The translations under genes and the position numbers were made by a program. Under the pieces are notes generated by a model that saw only the letters and a program-made list of their open reading frames with translations, was not told the origin of the DNA and searched no databases. From Minisyncoccota bacterium (GTDB lineage: Bacteria > Patescibacteriota > Minisyncoccia > Phycocordibacterales > UBA9973), in assembly GCA_041663005.1 (NCBI GenBank), contig JBAZRK010000001.1, positions 222,734-286,733 of the forward strand: a stretch of 64,000 nucleotides of DNA, given 5' to 3'. Positions within the stretch are counted from its first letter, which is position 1, and every line of letters starts with the position of its first letter. This document shows, piece after piece, positions 58,922-64,000 of the stretch.

Positions 58922-60619
58922 TTAATACACTTCTTTGTTGTAGCAACTTTCGCAATAAACTTTCTCCGGCCGCTCTGGAGAATATGGAGTTTCAAATTCG
59001 TTAGGGCATTTTGCGGCATGGCCGTGAGCTTCGACTGCACATTTGCAATTACTATGCCAAAGACGGCGCGGCGGACGCAAACCAAATCTCCTTCTGTATC
59101 TGCAGTTCGGGCACTTTCGCGGTATTGGAATTTTCTCTTTTTGATAAAACAAAAACTCGTTTCGGGTAATATTGTAATTTTTTGAACATTCTACGCAAGC
59201 TAAAATTTCGTTCAGAATGGTTTCCGGCACATCTTCTATTTTATCAGGAATTTTTTCGCTCGTGATAGTTTCCTTGCCCAAAGTACCGCCCAAGTTTTCT
59301 TCCCAATGCCAACCTTTGGCTAAAACTTCGTTTTTTGTCATTGGCTCATACATATTGCCCTGCGTTTCGTTGTAGTAAATAGGCGCAATTTGAGGTGGAA
59401 AAAATTCGCCATATTCCCCTGTTCTCTTCATATGCTCAATGATTTTTTCTTTTAGCGCCAGATAGTCTGCTTTAGAATATTTTTTATTAAAAATCATGTA
59501 TTCGCCCTTTTTCACACTCACGCAACCAAAAAGATTCTGGCTATTTTGGCAAGTGTCGGAATAATCAATATTCATGTTGTCGTAAGATAAATGGCAAAAA
59601 TGGCAATTGGAAATACGAGCACTCCCCTGACACTCGTAGCTCAATTCAACATGGTCGCCCACGTGATATAAATCCATAGAATCCTTTACCCCATCCGGAC
59701 TGCAGATAAGAAATTTAGAATTCTCCCCCATTAGTGTCTCAAATGATAATGCCACGTTCCTGCAGTCAAAAATCATGCTACCTATAGAGTTAATATTTCT
59801 TTCACTTACAGTGTAACGGTGTACGGCCTCTTCCCGCATAATCTTTTCAAATTCTTTCTCTAGGCCTTGGCGTACCGTAAACGAAGAGAGATCGTATTCT
59901 TTTATCTTTTTTAAATATTCTTCCCGAGTATACTGTTTATTGCGGAATACATAACTTTTGCCCCGGAGGTTTGTAGACATAAAGCAATTATTACATCCGC
60001 GACAATCGAAACAGTAAAAACAAGAAGAGCAATCTTTTATGAATTTCCCATACTGACATTCATAAGAAATACGAGAGTCCGTAACTTCGTACAATCTTTC
60101 TCCTTTCTCGTAAATGTAGCTGCAATCTATTAAATCTCGCGAGTTCCAAATTAATGTGCTGTATAACGCATTCTCGTTGTAGAAGGCAGAAAAGGTGAGG
60201 TAAACATTTTTATTATCACTCGAATGATTGGTATATTCAGAATTTTCACTATTTTTATTTAGGAGTGCCATGCGGGGTACGTCATGCTGGAGTTCGGCAA
60301 ACTGTTCAAAAAATGGGCGAGAAAAATCAAAATCGCGGCCGTAAGAAGTCGCATCCCAGCCATCGCCCCACCAGCACGAATTGCAATACACTTTATAGGG
60401 CTTATTTTGGGAATAAATCGTCACCGTACTCTTGCCGCACAAGTCGCACGACCTACGGTATAAATTGCGTTCGTTCCTCCACGCATAACGCCGCAACTGC
60501 CGACAGCCTGGACACCAAGTCGGCGGTGGGACTTTAATCTTCTCATAAAAATTAAAGTCTTCACTATCAATCGTGAAATCTTGTTTACAGTTTTGACAAT
60601 TTCTGGTTTCTGGTCTCAT
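58922..60619 (-). CDS. Cysteine-rich two-ribbon protein, subtype B, copy 2 (565 aa)
   Basis: N-terminus MRPETRNCQNCKQDF. CFYCFDCRGCNNC repeat. The C-terminal 28 aa are identical to copy A2. Confidence 0.8.
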   Translation of the reverse strand: MRPETRNCQNCKQDFTIDSEDFNFYEKIKVPPPTWCPGCRQLRRYAWRNERNLYRRSCDLCGKSTVTIYSQNKPYKVYCNSCWWGDGWDATSYGRDFDFSRPFFEQFAELQHDVPRMALLNKNSENSEYTNHSSDNKNVYLTFSAFYNENALYSTLIWNSRDLIDCSYIYEKGERLYEVTDSRISYECQYGKFIKDCSSCFYCFDCRGCNNCFMSTNLRGKSYVFRNKQYTREEYLKKIKEYDLSSFTVRQGLEKEFEKIMREEAVHRYTVSERNINSIGSMIFDCRNVALSFETLMGENSKFLICSPDGVKDSMDLYHVGDHVELSYECQGSARISNCHFCHLSYDNMNIDYSDTCQNSQNLFGCVSVKKGEYMIFNKKYSKADYLALKEKIIEHMKRTGEYGEFFPPQIAPIYYNETQGNMYEPMTKNEVLAKGWHWEENLGGTLGKETITSEKIPDKIEDVPETILNEILACVECSKNYNITRNEFLFYQKEKIPIPRKCPNCRYRRRFGLRPPRRLWHSNCKCAVEAHGHAAKCPNEFETPYSPERPEKVYCESCYNKEVY

Positions 60620-60688
60620 ATCATCATACTAGTACGCTAGTGTCTGTTCTAGGCGATATTTTGTTTATAACACTCAAAAAGATGTCGA

Positions 60689-60973
60689 TTATAAAGAGTT
60701 ATCCACATCGCTGTTTTTATTGTGAAAAAACCGGAATGGCATATTATCCACCAGAATGGGGTTATCAGAAAATAGCCTGCGAAGAGCTGAAACTCCTTTT
60801 CTAAATTTACCAAATACGGAAAAAGCAAAATGCTGCTTAACGCGACATCCAAAGCATTGCTCCGGGATTTTCAATCCTACTTTTTCATACAAAAGTAAAT
60901 CGCCAGAATCTATTATAAATTCTTCTTTACAATCAGCGCAAATTTTACTCTCCGTTTTTGAATTCATAGACAT
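60689..60973 (-). CDS. Stand-alone single zf-trcl-like zinc-ribbon protein (~90 aa). A miniature relative of the Cys-rich family.
   Basis: CADCKEEFIIDSGDLLLYEKVGLKIPEQCFGCR. Its start region overlaps the grpE 3' end. Confidence 0.5.
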   Translation of the reverse strand: MSMNSKTESKICADCKEEFIIDSGDLLLYEKVGLKIPEQCFGCRVKQHFAFSVFGKFRKGVSALRRLFSDNPILVDNMPFRFFHNKNSDVDNSL

Positions 60974-61535
60974 TCACCCGAGCGGCACGCATTACGCGCT
61001 CACCGAGCTTATAGCCTTTCTGCACAACTTCGGCAACTTTATGGTCAAGGTCTTTCTGGTCCGTGGCCACCATATCTATAGACTGGTGAATGTTGGGGTC
61101 GAAAGCTTCACCCTCTTCACCTATCGGCTTCACGCCATATTCCTCGAATATGCCATTCATTTGCGCATAAATATACTCCACGCCCTTGCGCCAAGTAGCG
61201 TCAACTTTCTCCCAGGCCTCCTTGTTGGCGAAAGCCATATTGAAACTGTCTATAACCGTCAGGAAACGAGTAAGTATTCGCTCGCGCATCGCTTCGGAAA
61301 AGACGCCCTTGCGGTCATCTTCCTGCTTTTTATAGTTGGCAAAGTCGGCCCGCTCTTTCTGCCAGCCTGTTAGATACTCTTCTTTCTCTTTTTTGGCTTG
61401 TTTTAGGTCAGCGCGAAGCTTTTTGAGGGTTTTTTTCACGTCTTCTTCGCCGTCGTCATTAAATTCAAACTCGACAACATCATCTTCCGCCTCAGGCTCT
61501 TCTTTTTTCTTATCTTCATCGTTCATATGGCTCAT
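60945..61535 (-). CDS. grpE: Nucleotide exchange factor GrpE. The start is re-set to the ATG downstream of the terminator.
   Basis: GrpE coiled-coil and beta domain (NPQDAV-like HQSIDMV). The track's TTG start at 61562 lies inside the terminator hairpin. Confidence 0.85.
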   Translation of the reverse strand: MSHMNDEDKKKEEPEAEDDVVEFEFNDDGEEDVKKTLKKLRADLKQAKKEKEEYLTGWQKERADFANYKKQEDDRKGVFSEAMRERILTRFLTVIDSFNMAFANKEAWEKVDATWRKGVEYIYAQMNGIFEEYGVKPIGEEGEAFDPNIHQSIDMVATDQKDLDHKVAEVVQKGYKLGERVMRAARVNVYEFKNGE

Positions 61536-61543
61536 ATTAGCAT

Positions 61544-61574
61544 AAAAAAATCCCTCTTCCAAGAGGGATTTTTT
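61544..61574. terminator. Bidirectional intrinsic terminator between rpsI and grpE
   Basis: aaaaaaa tccctctt cc aagaggga tttttt. Confidence 0.7.
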
Positions 61575-61584
61575 CGTAAAATAA

Positions 61585-62007
61585 TTAACGTTTTGACCAC
61601 TGAGGAGCTTTGCGGGCTTTCTTCAAACCGAACTTGCGGCGTTCTTTTGCCCTAGGGTCACGTTTCAAAAACCCGAGAACTTTGAGTCCTCCGCGCAATT
61701 CTCCGTCGGAAACAACTAGAGCTCGAGACAATCCTAGGCGCACAGCTTCAGCTTGAGAGTGCATACCTCCGCCAGAAACCTTAGCTTCTACGCTCCACTT
61801 TGTTTCTGCTTTCTCAGCGCTCATACCCTTAACTATAGGGTCAAGGACAAGGCGTCGTTCCACTTCAGTATGGAAATATTCTCGCGCTTCTTTGCCATTA
61901 ACTACGAAGTGGGTCTTGGTTCCCTTGGTGATGCGGACTCGGGCGGTAGAAGTTTTGCGTCTACCTATGGCCTCGATGTATTTTTCCTTTTTTGTTTCTT
62001 TATCCAT
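61585..62007 (-). CDS. rpsI: 30S ribosomal protein S9
   Basis: GRRKTSTARV ... C-terminal KKARKAPQWSKR. Confidence 0.95.
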   Translation of the reverse strand: MDKETKKEKYIEAIGRRKTSTARVRITKGTKTHFVVNGKEAREYFHTEVERRLVLDPIVKGMSAEKAETKWSVEAKVSGGGMHSQAEAVRLGLSRALVVSDGELRGGLKVLGFLKRDPRAKERRKFGLKKARKAPQWSKR

Positions 62008-62015
62008 ACAGTATG

Positions 62016-62396
62016 TTAATTCTCAATTTCTAAATTTTTCATCATCGTGCGACGAATTTTGTTGTCTGGAAGCATTTGAAAAGTGGACAATCGAATAAGC
62101 TCCTTGATCCCTTTCTTGGTTGCAGTTTCGGCTGCAGTCATCACGCGCAATCCTCCCGGAATTCCTGAATATCTCTTATGGTTTATCGTTGCAAGCTTTT
62201 TAGGAGTGATGCTGAGTTTGGATGCATTGATGATTTTAACCGGGAAACCAGTATACTTGTGGCGCTCGAATGTAGCCGCAGTTTTACCCATAAGGTGCAT
62301 TGCCGCTGCGCTAGCTACTCGGCCCAAAGTCTTACCCTCGGCGTCGATGGTTTTCGTCTTATCTCCTTTTGGTTCTGTATTTTTCTTGTTTGCCAT
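62016..62396 (-). CDS. rplM: 50S ribosomal protein L13
   Basis: IDAEGKTLGRVAS N-terminus. Confidence 0.95.
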   Translation of the reverse strand: MANKKNTEPKGDKTKTIDAEGKTLGRVASAAAMHLMGKTAATFERHKYTGFPVKIINASKLSITPKKLATINHKRYSGIPGGLRVMTAAETATKKGIKELIRLSTFQMLPDNKIRRTMMKNLEIEN

Positions 62397-62423
62397 TTTG
62401 TTATACTAAATTATTTTGCCGAA

Positions 62424-62777
62424 TTACACAAACTCAATCACTGCCATCTTCGAACCGTCCGACTTGCGAGGCGGAAGTTTTAAAATTCTGGTATAGCCGC
62501 CTGATCGTCCTTCATATCGAGGTGCTAAAACTTCGAACAGCTTCTTGGTCTCTGGTTTTCGGCCGGCAAGCTTGGCTATGATGAGTCTCTTGGTGGCAAT
62601 ATCATTTTTCTTAGCTCGAGTGACAAGCTTTTCCATAAAAGGACGCAATTCCTTGGCCTTTGGTTCCGTGGTCTTAATTTTTTCGCGAATTATAAGATTG
62701 AGCGCTAGAGAATTTATAAGCGCTTTCTTCTGTGTCTTTGTTCTGCCGAATTTTCTTTTACTATTGTGGTGCCGCAT
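62424..62777 (-). CDS. rplQ: 50S ribosomal protein L17
   Basis: MRHHNSKRKFGR N-terminus. Confidence 0.95.
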   Translation of the reverse strand: MRHHNSKRKFGRTKTQKKALINSLALNLIIREKIKTTEPKAKELRPFMEKLVTRAKKNDIATKRLIIAKLAGRKPETKKLFEVLAPRYEGRSGGYTRILKLPPRKSDGSKMAVIEFV

Positions 62778-62778
62778 A

Positions 62779-63762
62779 TTATTCTTTCAAATTAAGGCCG
62801 AATTTGGTTAAAACTTTTTTAATTTCGGCAATACCTTTCTCGCCGATACCTTCAACTTCGAGAAGGTCTTCCCTCTTTTTCCTTGCCAGTCCTCCCAGGG
62901 TCCTGATGTTGGCTCCCGAGAGTGCGTTTAAGGTGCGAGTAGATAGGTCAAGGCTGTCAGTGCGGGTCTTTAAGACATCGGCTACATCGCCACCCTTCTT
63001 GTCGTCTTTATCTTCTGTGGATTCTCCTTTGCTGCCAGATTTCTTCTCCACTTTCACCTCTTCTTCTTCAGGCTCTTTGAAATCGATGATGGCCTTAAGC
63101 TGGTTAATCATTATTTCAATGGAGCGAGAAAGTGCGTCGCGAGCAGAAAGAGTTCCGTCGGTTTCAATGGAAATTCGAAGGCGATTATGGTTGGTCTTGT
63201 CGCCAACGCGCATATTTTCCACTTCGTAGGAAACTCGTCGAATCGGGGTAAAGATTGCGTCCACAGCAATTGTGCCTACGTCCACTTTGTCTTTCTGGAA
63301 AACTTCCTTGGCGATAAAGCCCAATCCTTTCTCTATCTTCATCTCAATGTTGAGATTGATTTTACCTGTTACCTCGGCGATGTGGAGCTCAGGGTTTAAA
63401 ATTTCTACCTGACCACCAGCCTTGATGTCTCCAGCGAGAACTTCTTTCGGTCCTTTCACGGAGAGAGTAACTGTCTGAGGCTCATCGGAGAGCATCTTCA
63501 GACGAATTTTCTTCATATTCAAAATCATCACTATGACATCTTCTTTGATGCCATCCATTGTCTGGAATTCGTGAGTTACGCCGTCGATTTTTATAGCCGT
63601 GATGGAAGCGCCTGGCAAAGAAGAGAGGATAATTCGGCGCAAGCTGTTGCCGAGGGTGTGCCCGTAGCCGGGGTAGAGACCGTCAATCTCAAACACTCCT
63701 TTGTTGCCTTCTTCTAAGACTACTCGAGGCTTAGATGGCATAATTATATTATAGTCAGGCAT
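62779..63762 (-). CDS. rpoA: DNA-directed RNA polymerase subunit alpha
   Basis: N-terminal domain GYGHTLGNSLRRILLSS-type motif plus C-terminal domain. Confidence 0.95.
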   Translation of the reverse strand: MPDYNIIMPSKPRVVLEEGNKGVFEIDGLYPGYGHTLGNSLRRIILSSLPGASITAIKIDGVTHEFQTMDGIKEDVIVMILNMKKIRLKMLSDEPQTVTLSVKGPKEVLAGDIKAGGQVEILNPELHIAEVTGKINLNIEMKIEKGLGFIAKEVFQKDKVDVGTIAVDAIFTPIRRVSYEVENMRVGDKTNHNRLRISIETDGTLSARDALSRSIEIMINQLKAIIDFKEPEEEEVKVEKKSGSKGESTEDKDDKKGGDVADVLKTRTDSLDLSTRTLNALSGANIRTLGGLARKKREDLLEVEGIGEKGIAEIKKVLTKFGLNLKE

Positions 63763-63810
63763 ATTTTTTATAATTTAATTTGTAAATTTATAAGCAAACG
63801 AAAAAATAAT

Positions 63811-64000
63811 TTATCGGCTGTAAAACTCGAGCACGGCGTTTAAATCTAGGAATGTCTCCGTGTTCTCCGGTTTGTTAAGCATCTTGCCTTCCATAAGCTC
63901 GGTATTCCATGCTATCCATTTCGGAGCGTTATAATCCTTCAGCCTGTCTGCCAAATTTTCAAAAATTTTCCTCGGCTTGCTACCTTCGCGAACCTTCACC
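63811..64000 (-). CDS. rpsD: 30S ribosomal protein S4, C-terminal fragment. The 5' end lies beyond the window edge.
   Basis: The ...LNAVLEFYSR C-terminus aligns with the S4 C-terminus. Conserved rpsD-rpoA-rplQ order. Confidence 0.8.
   Translation of the reverse strand, partial: VKVREGSKPRKIFENLADRLKDYNAPKWIAWNTELMEGKMLNKPENTETFLDLNAVLEFYSR

Noticed and set aside
48600-60700. CRISPR array or IS element explanation for the repeated palindromes and paralogs
   Set aside because: There are no regularly spaced direct repeats with unique spacers, and no transposase, integrase or terminal inverted repeats. The repeats are protein-coding paralogs and isolated operator-like palindromes.
61536-61562. 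TTG start of grpE from the ORF track
   Set aside because: The start codon lies inside the terminator stem (cTTGGAAGAGGGA). An in-frame ATG 27 nt downstream is available.

Overview
This is a 64-kb window from a low-GC bacterial chromosome with compact, often overlapping genes, weak Shine-Dalgarno sequences, at least one apparently leaderless promoter, and A-tract/hairpin/T-tract bidirectional terminators. The style resembles a small-genome Patescibacteria/CPR-type organism, but that is inference only.

The window is mostly housekeeping. Left to right:
- A de novo purine block: purF (5' partial), purN, purD, purE, purM, purC, purB.
- A cell-wall block: PBP2-type transpeptidase, CtpA, an M23 peptidase, murG, ftsW, mraY, and an M15/VanY-like peptidase.
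- Ribosomal proteins L9, L27 and L21.
- gltX, scpB-scpA, aminopeptidase N, Nudix, pterin dehydratase, an EamA transporter and riboflavin kinase.
- aspS, gpmI, prs, pckA, an aminotransferase, transaldolase and trpS.
- dnaB, recR, an IMPase, an AI-2E transporter, cysS and speB.
- A ribosomal/RNAP tail at the right edge: rpsD (partial), rpoA, rplQ, rplM, rpsI.

The outstanding feature is the chaperone locus at about 45.8-61.6 kb. The conserved grpE-dnaK-dnaJ module is split open by a duplicated accessory cassette, all on the minus strand. The cassette contains:
- Four paralogous cysteine-rich proteins of about 565 aa in two subtypes, arranged as two B-then-A tandem pairs. Each carries zf-trcl-like zinc ribbons at both termini and internal CxxCxxCxxC / LRNKSYCIFNKQY-type repeats.
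- A fifth, miniature single-ribbon copy of about 90 aa.
- Two paralogous FtsK/HerA/VirD4-superfamily P-loop ATPases, one fused to the same type of zinc ribbon and a proline-rich tail.
- An ArsR/SmtB-family regulator with two copies of a 26-bp 12-2-12-style palindromic operator, and a PaaX-like regulator.
- A perfect 22-bp palindrome between the two right-hand Cys-rich genes, and a nested inverted repeat carrying both -35 boxes of the divergent dnaK/PaaX-like promoters.

I do not recognise this cassette as a described system; it looks like a metal- or redox-linked, chaperone-coupled accessory module.

Smaller items:
- Two visibly GC-rich islets with small cysteine-containing ORFs that have strong Shine-Dalgarno sequences.
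- A TrpR-like (YerC/YecD) gene preceded by a perfect 14-bp palindrome.
- Two HExxH proteins, and a membrane-anchored protein with an Ada-like zinc motif.
- A bacterial-type AspRS that lacks the GAD insertion domain.

Coordinates I derived by hand may be off by 1-2 nt.
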